Assembly (NCBI GenBank): GCA_048594725.1
Contig: JBMDXA010000080.1
Span: forward strand, 1,430 to 65,429
Direction of reading: 5' to 3'
Origin: Candidatus Kapaibacteriota bacterium
GTDB taxonomy: Bacteria > Bacteroidota > Ignavibacteria > OLB7
Length of the DNA stretch: 64,000 nucleotides
Part shown: in pieces, positions 28,144 to 37,912 of the stretch
Position numbering within the stretch: the stretch's first letter is position 1
Layout: every line of letters starts with the position of its first letter
The notes under the pieces: generated by a model
What the model saw: the letters and a program-made list of their open reading frames with translations, nothing else
The model's database searches: none
Told to the model about the DNA's origin: nothing
Program-made: the position numbers and the translations under genes

Positions 28144-30594
28144 TTACTTCAAGGTGCCGAGAGCAGAGCGCCCGAGAATGAATCTGGCGTCTGTTTCCGG
28201 GTCATCACAGTCGAGTAGATTCCCCACGGGATAGATGTTCTTCCCGTTGAACAGGGCATCGATGAACGCGCTCAGGATCTCCCCACGCGACATCCCGGCG
28301 TTCCTGAAACCGGGATCGGCGATCTCTCCGGAAGGATCGAGGCTGGCATCCGTGCCATCGGCTTTCTGCGTGGCATCGGGGGCCGGCTCGATACGCGATC
28401 CGGGGATGCGGGGCTCACCGGCAGCGATTGCATCGGCGGCGATTGCATCGGCATCTCTGATCTTCTTCCGCTTGCCATCCGGCTCTATGCCGGCCTTCAG
28501 CCGGAGCCAGTCGTGATAGAGATTCTGGAGCCGCTCCATATCCTCCTGGCCCACCCAGCAGACCTTCGGCTGGATATGGGCCGGGATCTCCTCGCGGATC
28601 ACCCCCTCGGCCCAGCGCCTGAACTCGGGATCGGCGAACCGGCCGCCGTAGGCCGGGAGCACCAGATGCACCCTGTAGGAGTAGGGGTCGATATCGGCGC
28701 AGCCGGTGCAGTCGGGATCGGGGCAGACCGGCAGAAACGGATCGCCATCCCTTTCCGGCCGCAGCAGGATGTTCTCGATCAGGTACATCCCCTCCTCTCC
28801 GGAGCTCACATCGTTCAGATCGCGGCGGCTGAAATCCCGGATGCCGAAGAGCGCGGCCAGGCGCCGTTCCACCCCGGAGACATTTCCGCTGTTCCACAGC
28901 TTGTCGGCCAGGGTGTAGTCGTAGCCGGCGGAGCGCCCGCTGCTGATGGCCGGATAGTTCCGGAGGAACTCCGTCTTGTAGGGGATCATGCTGGCCGCGC
29001 TGGAGCCGAACTCGCTTCGCATGATCGCGGCGAAATCGTGGAAGCGCTCGGCGAAGCGGGAGATCAGATGATCCAGAAAGCGATTGCGCCGCTCCACCAG
29101 AACGTCGGGGTTCTCCACCTCGTCCTCGATCATCTCCACCACATCCTCCGGTGGGACGCCGTAGATATCCTGGTAGCGGGAGAAGGAATCGACCACCTGA
29201 TAGAAGTAGGTGCGCTCCAGAGCGGGATCGGCCGAGAAGAGCGCGGCCATATTGTTCAACTGGGCGATATAACCCGCCATGATCTGATCGAAGAAGAGCA
29301 GATAGCCCTTCAGCTGGAGCGCCAGCGCCTTCTGCCGCACGTCGGCCGCGCCGCTGGTCCCCGCATCGCTGATCCCATAGATGGCCGGGAAATGATTCTG
29401 GAAGGAATAATACTCCCCCGGATTGCGGTACGTGCCGAGCGGTATCTCCAGATCCTCCGTGGTCACCACGTCGGCGGTAGCCCCGGCGAGCGCATCCCAG
29501 CGCTCCAGAACCTCGTCGCGATCGGGAACGAACGGGAGCGCCCGCTTGTAGGCCACGAAGCGCCACTGGTCCCGGTTCAGCCGGGGCTGTTTTCCCTGCG
29601 ATACCGGGATCACCCACCTGTTCTTCAGGGCTCCGGGGGAGCCCGCCGGGCCGACGATGATATCGCGCAGCACCTTCACCCCCGGCACATCCATGATGAT
29701 GCTGATGATATCCGAGAGCCGTATCTCCGAGCGAAGCTCCGATGCCTCCAGCTCCTCGTCGGCGATAAAGCCATGCTCCAGCAGGGGGCCGTCGAAGATC
29801 CGGTCGGGGGTGTAGAGCGTTCCATCGGGGGCGGTGCGCGCCAGCATCTGCGTGAGGGTGTACTGGCGCACCGGAGGGGCCAGATACTCCCCCACCTGGA
29901 AGAGCACCTCGGCGGTAACCTCCTCCACATCGGCGTCCGGGGCCAGCTCCAGCTCGCAGCAGAGGATGAACTCCTCGGTCTCCACGCCGTCCACCCCGAC
30001 GAAGTCCTCGCAGAGATTGCGGTGCGCGTGCAGGCGTTGCCGCACATGGGCCAGCACCGCATCCCTCTCCGCATCGGTATCGATCCCCCCGGTGAACTCC
30101 ACCAGCACATCGTACAACCCCGCCAGCGGGACGCTTCTGATGCCGCGATCCCCCGGCTCTCCCTCCTCCATCAGCTCGCCCCGTATGATATCGGCGTAGT
30201 AGACCGTTGCCGCCGGGACGATCCAGGCGTTCTGCACCCCGGCCACATCGATCATCAGTTTGCGATAATCGGCGGCGGTGAGAGGACGGTTCGGGAGGAT
30301 CTGGCGCGCGGTGAAGAACTGCTCCCCCATCCGCTCGCGGTTATCCTCCGGGCTCGCCAGAAGATCCTCCACCGGAAAGGAGGCGCGATAGGAGAGATCG
30401 GTGATGGCGTAACAGAGCAGCTCCAAGGTGGTGATGCCCGGATCATGAATGTTGTAATCGGTCCAGAGGCGGCGGGCCAGCCGCTCCACGTGCTGGAGCC
30501 CGGCGGCAAAGAGACGCTCGTGATCGAACGCCATCCGGCTATCGTCGGCAGCCCTGCTGCGCCCCTTGTTCGGAATCGACAGTTGTGAAAGCAT
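28144..30594 (-). CDS. eCIS baseplate wedge protein (Afp12-like)
   Basis: WTDYNIHDPGITTLE.LCYAITDL.YR, RNLCEDF, QLKGYLLFFDQ, DPYSYR, REEIPAH; start set at ATG 30594. Confidence 0.9.
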   Translation of the reverse strand: MLSQLSIPNKGRSRAADDSRMAFDHERLFAAGLQHVERLARRLWTDYNIHDPGITTLELLCYAITDLSYRASFPVEDLLASPEDNRERMGEQFFTARQILPNRPLTAADYRKLMIDVAGVQNAWIVPAATVYYADIIRGELMEEGEPGDRGIRSVPLAGLYDVLVEFTGGIDTDAERDAVLAHVRQRLHAHRNLCEDFVGVDGVETEEFILCCELELAPDADVEEVTAEVLFQVGEYLAPPVRQYTLTQMLARTAPDGTLYTPDRIFDGPLLEHGFIADEELEASELRSEIRLSDIISIIMDVPGVKVLRDIIVGPAGSPGALKNRWVIPVSQGKQPRLNRDQWRFVAYKRALPFVPDRDEVLERWDALAGATADVVTTEDLEIPLGTYRNPGEYYSFQNHFPAIYGISDAGTSGAADVRQKALALQLKGYLLFFDQIMAGYIAQLNNMAALFSADPALERTYFYQVVDSFSRYQDIYGVPPEDVVEMIEDEVENPDVLVERRNRFLDHLISRFAERFHDFAAIMRSEFGSSAASMIPYKTEFLRNYPAISSGRSAGYDYTLADKLWNSGNVSGVERRLAALFGIRDFSRRDLNDVSSGEEGMYLIENILLRPERDGDPFLPVCPDPDCTGCADIDPYSYRVHLVLPAYGGRFADPEFRRWAEGVIREEIPAHIQPKVCWVGQEDMERLQNLYHDWLRLKAGIEPDGKRKKIRDADAIAADAIAAGEPRIPGSRIEPAPDATQKADGTDASLDPSGEIADPGFRNAGMSRGEILSAFIDALFNGKNIYPVGNLLDCDDPETDARFILGRSALGTLK

Positions 30595-30725
30595 GGTGTA
30601 TTGATAGTCTCGTTGGAACATCCGGCCGGGACGCGCCCGCCTGCGATGATGCGGCGGCCGGACTCTCGTTCCGCATAAGCCGCCGGATGGACGAACCATT
30701 CCGCGTCATTCCCGGGAGGGCTTCC

Positions 30726-33700
30726 CTAGCCTGGTATCTCGGTTATGGTATGCCCGGCATCCGATACCAGTATCATATCAGGCGTCTCGGCGCGCGCCTC
30801 GCTGCGATCGGTGGGATCGATGCCGGTCCCGCTGTAGCTGTACATCTTGAAGTCGGTGATGTAATCGACATAGCCGAGATCCTCCACCACATCAAGCAGA
30901 ACCGATTTGTAGATGGCCCCCCCGAACGAAACTTCGCGCGATGCATCGAACGCCCAGGGGGAGAGGGCCCGGATCAACTCCTGTTCGAGCGCCGCCCGGT
31001 AGTAGTTGAACTCGTAGCCCTTGTGGAAGCGCACTTTGAAATCGAGACGGATCTTCTGGTAGCGGGGATTCTTCACGCCGATCTTCACTCCCATGCCGGC
31101 CCGCTGCTGGAGATGCCGGGCGATGCGGCTCATCGTGTCCGCATCCAGACGCGGGGCCAGCGGATCGAGCAGGGTCCGGTTCCGGATATCGGGGACCACC
31201 ACCACCAGCACATGGCCGGGGGCACTCCAGGAGCCCTCCCTGGCATGGGGGATGCATTTGGCACGATGCACCCGAGGGAACGCCTCCAGCACCACCCGCT
31301 CGTAATCCCAGCTGGTAACGCAGCGGTTCTTGTGGCGAAGCCGCTCGGCCACCCGCGTATGGAACGCGGCGGAACTCTCCGCTGGCGCCCCGCCGAACGA
31401 CGGATAGGGCTGGGAAACGCTCTTGAGCGAGGCGATCCCGTTCTTCATGCGGGTGATGCTTCCGGCGGCCAGAGGGCGGACCAGATGATCCGGATCATTC
31501 CCCCTCTCCATGAACCGCACCTCCACGGCGTTTGCGGCCACGGCCATCAACTGATTTACCGCCGCAACCCGCCGGCGCACCCCCGCCTTTATCCAGATAC
31601 GCCCGGCCGGAAGGATCGTGTTGGCGGCTGTTGCCCCGGCCGGAATGAGGATGGTCACGATGCCGCTTGCAAGAAGGTTGTTGGTGGTGTCCAGCACCAG
31701 CTCGCCCGCCCCGAGGGGCTTCCAGTAGTTGTCGCAGAGAACGAACCACTCCACCTTCTCCGGGGGGAGATCCGGATCGGCGGTTCCCTCGGCCACCTCC
31801 ATCAGCAGGCTTACGCTATCCCCCGCCCCGATCCCGGTCAGGCCGATCAGCAGCTCGCCGTCGTGGCGATAGGATGGCAGAAGGGTCACGGTACGCTCGG
31901 CGGCCAGTTCCAGCCCCTGGCGCAGATAACCATGCTCGCGCCGCACACCCGTTGGCGCCACGTGATAGAACGCCACATCACCTCCGGCAAAATCATCCAC
32001 CCCCGCCGACGCGATGCTGACGGTATCGGTGTAGGCGCTGTAGGAGAGCCGGAGGCTCTGCACGGCCGGAGTGTAGGGTTCGTTCGGCGGCGTGAACGTC
32101 CCACCGGCCCGCGAGGCATCCAGCACCTTCTGGATGAACTTCGTACGATAGAGCGCGTGGAGGAAGTCGGTGTTCAGAACAACCGTGATAATCCCGTCGC
32201 GCGCGGGCGGCAGCGGCGGCTGGAACGATGGCAGCGGCCGGAAGAGCACCGGGCTGCGGAGCAGGTAGCGGCCGGCCTCGCGCACTGCAAGGCTGCTGCC
32301 GGAGCGGACGAGCGCCTCCACCCGGTGGCTCCCGGTTATGGCGGCCACCAACGGCCGTGCCTCCTGCGGCCGTGATGAGGAGAAGCTGGCCTCCTGCTCC
32401 TGAAGAGCGTTCCCCGCGTTGAACAGATGCCAGATGCCGGAGAACTCGCGCCCCCCTCCATCCCGGAAGCTCACTCCGGCAGTGAAGTAGGAATTATCGA
32501 TCTGCCCGAGCCCGTACTCCTTGTAATGCGCCCCGAGATTGCCGCTTGCGGGAAGATCCTTCCACTGCACGGCAAGGCTGAGACGCTCGATCTTCTTGGA
32601 GAGCGCCTCCGGATACGACACCAGAAACCGGGAGCCGATGGCGGGCTGCGAGCCGAACGGCAGGAATGCCTTTCTGGGATCGAGCGTGCCGGCATCGCTC
32701 TCCAGCACAAGCGATTGCACCCCGCTCACATCCACCGAGATCGCAGCGGCGGCCAGCGTCACGTTCTCGAAATCGAGATAGCCGGTCCGGAGATTCTCCT
32801 CTGGCAGCAGCAGCTGCACAACCGGAGCGCCGGCGCCATAGGCGGCCCCGTGCGCGGCCGGAGCGTAGTCCACTACCGCCGGCTCCTTCCCGGCCAGAGC
32901 GAACCGCAGTTCCAGAACGTTGCCGGCGGCGAGCGTTGCGGCCACCGGGAGCGGTCCCAGCCACCCCTTCTCTCCGGTGATGAACGCCTGGAACGTGCCG
33001 GCGAGAGCCGCGGCATTCAGCCGCGAGCGCCCCGCCGATCCCAGCGTAAGCCGTATCCGCACCGACCTGTCCCCCTCTTTCATCCGGAGCACCGGTGAGG
33101 CCAGCGCAAAGCCGATCTGGCCGGGGGGAAGGTGCGAGCCTCCCAGCCCGCTCCATCGCGGCTCCCCCTTGAACTTCCCCCCGAGCCCATCGGAGGAATC
33201 GGCTATCGGGGCATGACGCAGCACTCCGTGTCCGGAGCGGTCCAGGTAATTGGAACGGATGGAATCGACCCGCGCCGCCGAGACGATGCTCTCCCGCACC
33301 GGCGCGTACAGCAGCTCGGCGCCTGCCGCATCCTTGCCGGCGGAGAAGAGATGCTCCGTCCCGATACGAACCGGAGCTGCCCCTTTCTTCATCTCCAGGA
33401 GGAGATGTGCCCTGTCCGGAACCGGGGGCTTTTCAAGCAGGCGGAGCACATCGCGATAATAGAAATCGAGATGGCGGCCGGTAATGCCGTTGAGCACCTC
33501 CAGCGGCTTCCGGTAGATCTCCAGGAATGCCAGCAAGAGCGCCAGATGTGGCGGCACATCACCGCTGGTGGCACCGGCAAGCGCCTCGATGGCGGCATCG
33601 TCGTAATCGAAGAACTGCGACCAGTCCGAGGGCTCTCCCCCATCGGGAGGATAGAACCGGACGAAACGCGAGAGCTCCCGCGCAAAGGCCATCAGGTCGG

Positions 33701-33815
33701 CGGTGCTCCGCTCGTCGATGCCCACGAAACCGGCCTCCAGCTCTTTGGGCATCCGTTCCCCCTGGCTCTGGCCGAGCTGGGCGATCATATTCTGAATGAT
33801 ATCCTTGTCAGCCAT
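30726..33815 (-). CDS. eCIS baseplate J/gp6-like protein (Afp11-like)
   Basis: PHLALLLAFL, RHLDFYYRDVL, F.PFG..P..GS, RVAERLRHKNR.VT.WDYER.VLE.FP. Confidence 0.92.
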   Translation of the reverse strand: MADKDIIQNMIAQLGQSQGERMPKELEAGFVGIDERSTADLMAFARELSRFVRFYPPDGGEPSDWSQFFDYDDAAIEALAGATSGDVPPHLALLLAFLEIYRKPLEVLNGITGRHLDFYYRDVLRLLEKPPVPDRAHLLLEMKKGAAPVRIGTEHLFSAGKDAAGAELLYAPVRESIVSAARVDSIRSNYLDRSGHGVLRHAPIADSSDGLGGKFKGEPRWSGLGGSHLPPGQIGFALASPVLRMKEGDRSVRIRLTLGSAGRSRLNAAALAGTFQAFITGEKGWLGPLPVAATLAAGNVLELRFALAGKEPAVVDYAPAAHGAAYGAGAPVVQLLLPEENLRTGYLDFENVTLAAAAISVDVSGVQSLVLESDAGTLDPRKAFLPFGSQPAIGSRFLVSYPEALSKKIERLSLAVQWKDLPASGNLGAHYKEYGLGQIDNSYFTAGVSFRDGGGREFSGIWHLFNAGNALQEQEASFSSSRPQEARPLVAAITGSHRVEALVRSGSSLAVREAGRYLLRSPVLFRPLPSFQPPLPPARDGIITVVLNTDFLHALYRTKFIQKVLDASRAGGTFTPPNEPYTPAVQSLRLSYSAYTDTVSIASAGVDDFAGGDVAFYHVAPTGVRREHGYLRQGLELAAERTVTLLPSYRHDGELLIGLTGIGAGDSVSLLMEVAEGTADPDLPPEKVEWFVLCDNYWKPLGAGELVLDTTNNLLASGIVTILIPAGATAANTILPAGRIWIKAGVRRRVAAVNQLMAVAANAVEVRFMERGNDPDHLVRPLAAGSITRMKNGIASLKSVSQPYPSFGGAPAESSAAFHTRVAERLRHKNRCVTSWDYERVVLEAFPRVHRAKCIPHAREGSWSAPGHVLVVVVPDIRNRTLLDPLAPRLDADTMSRIARHLQQRAGMGVKIGVKNPRYQKIRLDFKVRFHKGYEFNYYRAALEQELIRALSPWAFDASREVSFGGAIYKSVLLDVVEDLGYVDYITDFKMYSYSGTGIDPTDRSEARAETPDMILVSDAGHTITEIPG

Positions 33816-34269
33816 GCATCTCCCAATCGCGCAGAGTTCCGAGGGCACTGTTCATCTCGTTGCCATCGGTGAGGTTGAACGGATAGACCAGATTGAACCG
33901 GGAGTTGGTGGCCCGCACCACATACTCGAGCGAGAGTATCGCGCGCCCCTCGTATGCTCCCGAGGTATCCAGTTCGAGCGATACCATATCGATCCTGGGT
34001 TCATAGATCAGAATCGCTATCCTGATCCGGTCCTTGAGAAGAGTCGTCGTCGTCGTGCTCATCGGCTCAAACAGGAGGTCGCGCATATCGAGGCCGTACT
34101 TCGGATGCAGGAAGCGCTCCCCCAGCGAGGTGCCGAAGAGAATCTTCAGGCTGGCATGGATATCCTCCTCATCGGATGTCATCACCACCGATCCGGCGGT
34201 GAACTCCGGCGGGAAGCTCCAGCCCCTTCCGAGAAATGATGTATAGGTGCTCTGTTCGTTCTGGTTCAT
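33808..34269 (-). CDS. GPW/gp25 baseplate protein (Afp9-like)
   Basis: FLGRGWSFPP, DI..SL.IL..T..GER...P.YG, YEPRI, TNSRFNLVYPF. Confidence 0.93.
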   Translation of the reverse strand: MNQNEQSTYTSFLGRGWSFPPEFTAGSVVMTSDEEDIHASLKILFGTSLGERFLHPKYGLDMRDLLFEPMSTTTTTLLKDRIRIAILIYEPRIDMVSLELDTSGAYEGRAILSLEYVVRATNSRFNLVYPFNLTDGNEMNSALGTLRDWEMHG

Positions 34270-34322
34270 TCGTCTCTCCCTGTATCCGCTGTCCGGTTGG
34301 TGGTGGTGCGCCTCGGCCGCGT

Positions 34323-34601
34323 TCAGTTGATGATGACGGTGGGCTCTCCGGCCGCCGCCATCGCCCCGCAAAGGCAGGCATCGCTGGTGCGGAGCGCCGG
34401 CTTGCCGCCGATCATCACCGCCGCGCTCCCGCTCGGGAAGGGACTGGATGTGGGCTGATGCCCCGACGGGGGAAGCGCACAGATATGCATGTCACCCGCC
34501 ACGGCGGCCGGCTTGCCGCCGATCATCACCGTAGGTGCGCCGGGCCCAACGATCGTCCCGCCATGATTTGTGGTATCGCCCACACGCGCTGCTGATGGCA
34601 T
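34323..34601 (-). CDS. PAAR spike-tip protein (Afp10-like)
   Basis: AARVGD, VMIGGKPAA, VMIGGKPALR, CG, PTVII. Confidence 0.93.
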   Translation of the reverse strand: MPSAARVGDTTNHGGTIVGPGAPTVMIGGKPAAVAGDMHICALPPSGHQPTSSPFPSGSAAVMIGGKPALRTSDACLCGAMAAAGEPTVIIN

Positions 34602-34657
34602 GGTTGAGAGTAGTGATGAGTACCGGGCATATACTGCCTGGCACGTGGTTCTTACAA

Positions 34658-34866
34658 TGTCAGTAGTCCGTGGTCCGTGCGCGGGCTGCGCCCGCTGTCA
34701 GTAGTCCGTGGCCGTTGGTACCGATGCTACACGGTCATCAGGCTGTCCCGTTCCTACGGCGACGGCCCCCTGACTACCCACCACGAACATTCCCCCAATC
34801 GAAAATCCTCCCCCTGACCGTCTCCCAATCCAAAATCGAAAATCCAAAATCGCAAATCGAAAATCT
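34658..34866. repeat. Intergenic repeat element (TCAGTAG/TCCGTGG heptamer arms) plus AATCGAA tract
   Basis: Shares GTCCGTGGTCCGTGCGCGG.CTGCG.CCGCTGTCAGTAGTCCGTGGCCGTT...CCACGAACATT with 46792-46946. Confidence 0.75.
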
Positions 34867-34878
34867 CCTCCCCCTCTT

Positions 34879-36621
34879 CTAGTTCAACTGCACCATGCTC
34901 CCCTTCACGGTTGTGGTGGCGGAGCTTGAGAGTTCGGCGCCGGAGGAGCCCTCCATCTTCAACTGCGTGCCGGCCTTCAGATCGTACGAGGTGCCCGACT
35001 CCATCTTCACCTCGGTGCCGGCTTTCAGCTCTATGGCCTTCGCGCTTTCGATGGTGATACCGTCAGGGTTCATCTCGATCTTGTTGCCGTTCTGGTCGGC
35101 GATCGTGATAGCCTTATCCTCCTCGCTCAACGTGATGATATTGCCAGCCGGTGTCTCCAGCCGTGCGATGATCTTCTCATCGTTGAAATAGAGCTTCATG
35201 CCGGAACGGCTCCGGTAGAGCTTCTCGTGATTGTCATCGGAGCCCTTCAGCGGCGCGGGTTTGGCGCTGCTGTGGAGCATGCCGAGTATCACCGCCTGGC
35301 GCGGGTCGTCGTTCAGAAATCCGAGCACCACCTCATCCTCCAGCTCCGGGCGGAAGAAATGCCCGCGGTTGTCGCCGGCATCCAGCGATGCCACGCGCGC
35401 CCAGGTTCCCTCCGTCTCGTTGTCCAGCAGCGGCATCCGGATGCGGACGCGGTCCTCTCCGTCGGGGTCCTCGTTGCTCACCACCACTCCTATCTGCAAG
35501 CCTCCCACCCCCGGCAGGAGCGCCGATGCCGGCGGAGCCGAGACATTCCCGGCGTCGGCGAGCCAGCCGGCCGTATTGCCGAACTGGATATGCGTCCGCC
35601 ATCCCTGCACCTCGTCGATCTCATGGCGCACGCCGGTGACGTAGATGTCGCCGTTGAAGCGTTCTCCCACCCCCTCCAGCGTCACGATATCGCCGGGATT
35701 GACCACGGCCATCCCCTCGCATTTTATCCGTCCGCGCACCTTGTCCATCTTCGATTTCAGCCACTCCGCATCGGCCCACGCCTGCGCCTCCTCCTCGGTG
35801 ATGGCGGTATGATCGAGCGTATAATGCTCCAGCCCCACCACATCGGCCAGGGTGCCGCTCTCCACATTGCCGGGACCGCTCACGCCGGGGTCGGCCGCCT
35901 CCTTCTCCTGCACGCTCTGCCCTGCCGGGTCCCAGGTGAAGCTCTTCACCGCGCCGTACTGCCCGCGCGCCTCCATCTCGGCATCCAGCTCCAGTATTGT
36001 AGCACCGAATTGCAGCGTGCAGACCGGCTGCCCGCCGAACTCCGGCGCCTTTACCGCAACCTTGTCGTCGTTGGTGAAGACCAGCCGCCCGTTGGCCTCG
36101 GCGCGTGTCATCAGGTAATCCCAGTCGGTACAGTAATACTGCACCTGCTGCTTGTGGGTAACCGGGGTGCTCTCCACATCGGCCGGCACGCCGGCATTCC
36201 CCAGGATGGTGCTGATGATATCGCTGTCGGTCTGGTCGAAATAATAGGCGTTCTTCCGTCCGTCGGTCAGTTTCACCCCCTTGTGCCGGCACTCCACCAC
36301 AAGCTGCGACGAAGCGTTCTCCCGTATCCGGAGGCTCTGCTTGACGACAATGCCCTTGAAGATGGAGACCGGATCACTCGCCGGCCCCGCAAGGATTTCG
36401 ATCTCCGATCCCGGCAGGAACAGATCCTCGTTGCTCAGGGGGAAATCGCTTTTGGACGGGATGCCGTCGAAATAGACCAGCCGTGCCGATGCTATCCTGT
36501 TGGCCTGCTTGGTGACATAGGCACCGAGCAGATGATGCTCGCGAGAGACGGGACTTCCCCCCACCTTTACGGTGAACTCCCGATGCTCGGCGGATGTCGG
36601 TATCGTTCGTTGCGTTGCGAT
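34879..36621 (-). CDS. vgrG: VgrG-like spike protein (Afp8-like)
   Basis: QVQYYCTDWDY..TRAE.NG, GLQIGVV...EDP.GE.RV, WARVA.LDAG.NRG.FFRPE..DEV.LGF..DDPR..ILG.LHS, KGSMVQLN; frame extends to ATC at 36621 behind GGAGAAG (next canonical start GTG 36564). Confidence 0.93.
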   Translation of the reverse strand: MATQRTIPTSAEHREFTVKVGGSPVSREHHLLGAYVTKQANRIASARLVYFDGIPSKSDFPLSNEDLFLPGSEIEILAGPASDPVSIFKGIVVKQSLRIRENASSQLVVECRHKGVKLTDGRKNAYYFDQTDSDIISTILGNAGVPADVESTPVTHKQQVQYYCTDWDYLMTRAEANGRLVFTNDDKVAVKAPEFGGQPVCTLQFGATILELDAEMEARGQYGAVKSFTWDPAGQSVQEKEAADPGVSGPGNVESGTLADVVGLEHYTLDHTAITEEEAQAWADAEWLKSKMDKVRGRIKCEGMAVVNPGDIVTLEGVGERFNGDIYVTGVRHEIDEVQGWRTHIQFGNTAGWLADAGNVSAPPASALLPGVGGLQIGVVVSNEDPDGEDRVRIRMPLLDNETEGTWARVASLDAGDNRGHFFRPELEDEVVLGFLNDDPRQAVILGMLHSSAKPAPLKGSDDNHEKLYRSRSGMKLYFNDEKIIARLETPAGNIITLSEEDKAITIADQNGNKIEMNPDGITIESAKAIELKAGTEVKMESGTSYDLKAGTQLKMEGSSGAELSSSATTTVKGSMVQLN

Positions 36622-36623
36622 GG

Positions 36624-37292
36624 CTACTTCTCCAAGGGTGGAAAGAAAATCCGGGTGCCCGGAACCAGGTTCCGGAAGTTGCCGATACGATTGGCCTGCG
36701 CCACCTCCAGATAATAGGCCGGGTTGCCATAGATGCGGTAGCAGAGCATCGGAAGGGTATCGCCCGCCCGTACCACCCGCATATGGGTGAGATCGGGGGA
36801 CTGGTCCTTCGCCTCGGCCACGCGGGTCTGGTCGTCGGAATTATCGGTGAATGTGGCGGTGATCACCGCACGAAGCGGAACTCCGTTGGACCTGAAGAGC
36901 TTGTAGGCAATCGATGCGCTTTTCAGGACGCATCGTTTGATCTGCATGGTTCCCCAGGCGATCTTCAGATACTTCGTGCGGTGGATATCTCCGTGGTAGC
37001 CGGTAACGTTCTGGAACTCCTCCACCATCGCCTGCACGTCGGCCGGAGCGCCGTTGGCGCCGGTGCCGTCCAGAAAGAAGGTAAGGCTCAGATCTCCCGG
37101 CTTCAGCTTCTTGAACTCCATCCGGGCGTTGGTGGTTCCCGCCCCCTGCGCGCTATCGTACTCGATATCGTAGGCGATGGTGATCTCGTTCGGGTTCACA
37201 TAGGCGGTGAACTGGCCGATCTTGTTCCCCTTGTAATCGGGCTGATCGTGCGCTTCGATCCTCAGTTTGGTGAGCGTTCCCTTGTCGTTCAT
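36624..37292 (-). CDS. CIS tube initiator with LysM domain (Afp7-like)
   Basis: VNPNEI, LFRSNG.PLRA, C-terminal LysM VRAGDTLP.LC.RIYG....YLEVAQAN. Confidence 0.9.
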   Translation of the reverse strand: MNDKGTLTKLRIEAHDQPDYKGNKIGQFTAYVNPNEITIAYDIEYDSAQGAGTTNARMEFKKLKPGDLSLTFFLDGTGANGAPADVQAMVEEFQNVTGYHGDIHRTKYLKIAWGTMQIKRCVLKSASIAYKLFRSNGVPLRAVITATFTDNSDDQTRVAEAKDQSPDLTHMRVVRAGDTLPMLCYRIYGNPAYYLEVAQANRIGNFRNLVPGTRIFFPPLEK

Positions 37293-37295
37293 CGG

Positions 37296-37466
37296 TTAGC
37301 GCTCCTCCTTCTGCGAGAGGATATCGAGAACGCGCTCCACGCATTCGGCGACGATCCCCCGCCTCTGTTCGGCGGTACCGGCATCCGGGCCGCCTCCTGT
37401 GGCGGCACCCGGAGGACGGTTTGCCACCTCCACCGAAATCACGACTTCATCAACGATGATCGGCAT
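37296..37466 (-). CDS. DUF5908-like small CIS protein (Afp6/plug position), 56 aa
   Basis: Not in ORF track. MPIIVDEVVISVEV...IVAECVERVLDILSQKEER fills the gap between tube 2 and the LysM gene. Confidence 0.88.
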   Translation of the reverse strand: MPIIVDEVVISVEVANRPPGAATGGGPDAGTAEQRRGIVAECVERVLDILSQKEER

Positions 37467-37474
37467 GGCTGCAC

Positions 37475-37912
37475 CTATTCAAACGTGAAATACTGATAGT
37501 AGAACTGAAGGCTTTCTATCACCACCGTGTTGTTGGATGCATTCAGATCGCTCGTCCCCCATTTGGTGGGATAGGCGTTCACCAGCTTCCAGGTCATCAG
37601 CGGCTGATGCTGCTCGTTCAGCAGCTTCACATAGATGGTCTTCGGCGTGATGGTATCGCTCTCGACGCATTCCCTGATCCAGTCCTGGGCGGCGGAGCCC
37701 ACGAGCAGGCCCCGCTTGAGCACCAGGTCGGGATACTTGGCCCGGGTGGGATACTTCTGCACGAAGCGGTTCTCCCCCCCCTCGATGATCTCCTCGGTGG
37801 CGATCTCCATCGACAGGCCCGAGACCTCGCTGAAGCGCATCTCGCTATCGCCGGAGAGCCCGGCGATCTCGACCTTGAAATGGAAACCGACCGGTGGATA
37901 ATAGCTTGCCAT
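37475..37912 (-). CDS. Tail tube protein 2 (T4 gp19 family, Afp5-like)
   Basis: YPPVGFHFKV, FSEVSGL, EGGENRF, LVLKRG, AYPTKW, DLNA; ATG overlaps upstream TGA. Confidence 0.93.
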   Translation of the reverse strand: MASYYPPVGFHFKVEIAGLSGDSEMRFSEVSGLSMEIATEEIIEGGENRFVQKYPTRAKYPDLVLKRGLLVGSAAQDWIRECVESDTITPKTIYVKLLNEQHQPLMTWKLVNAYPTKWGTSDLNASNNTVVIESLQFYYQYFTFE

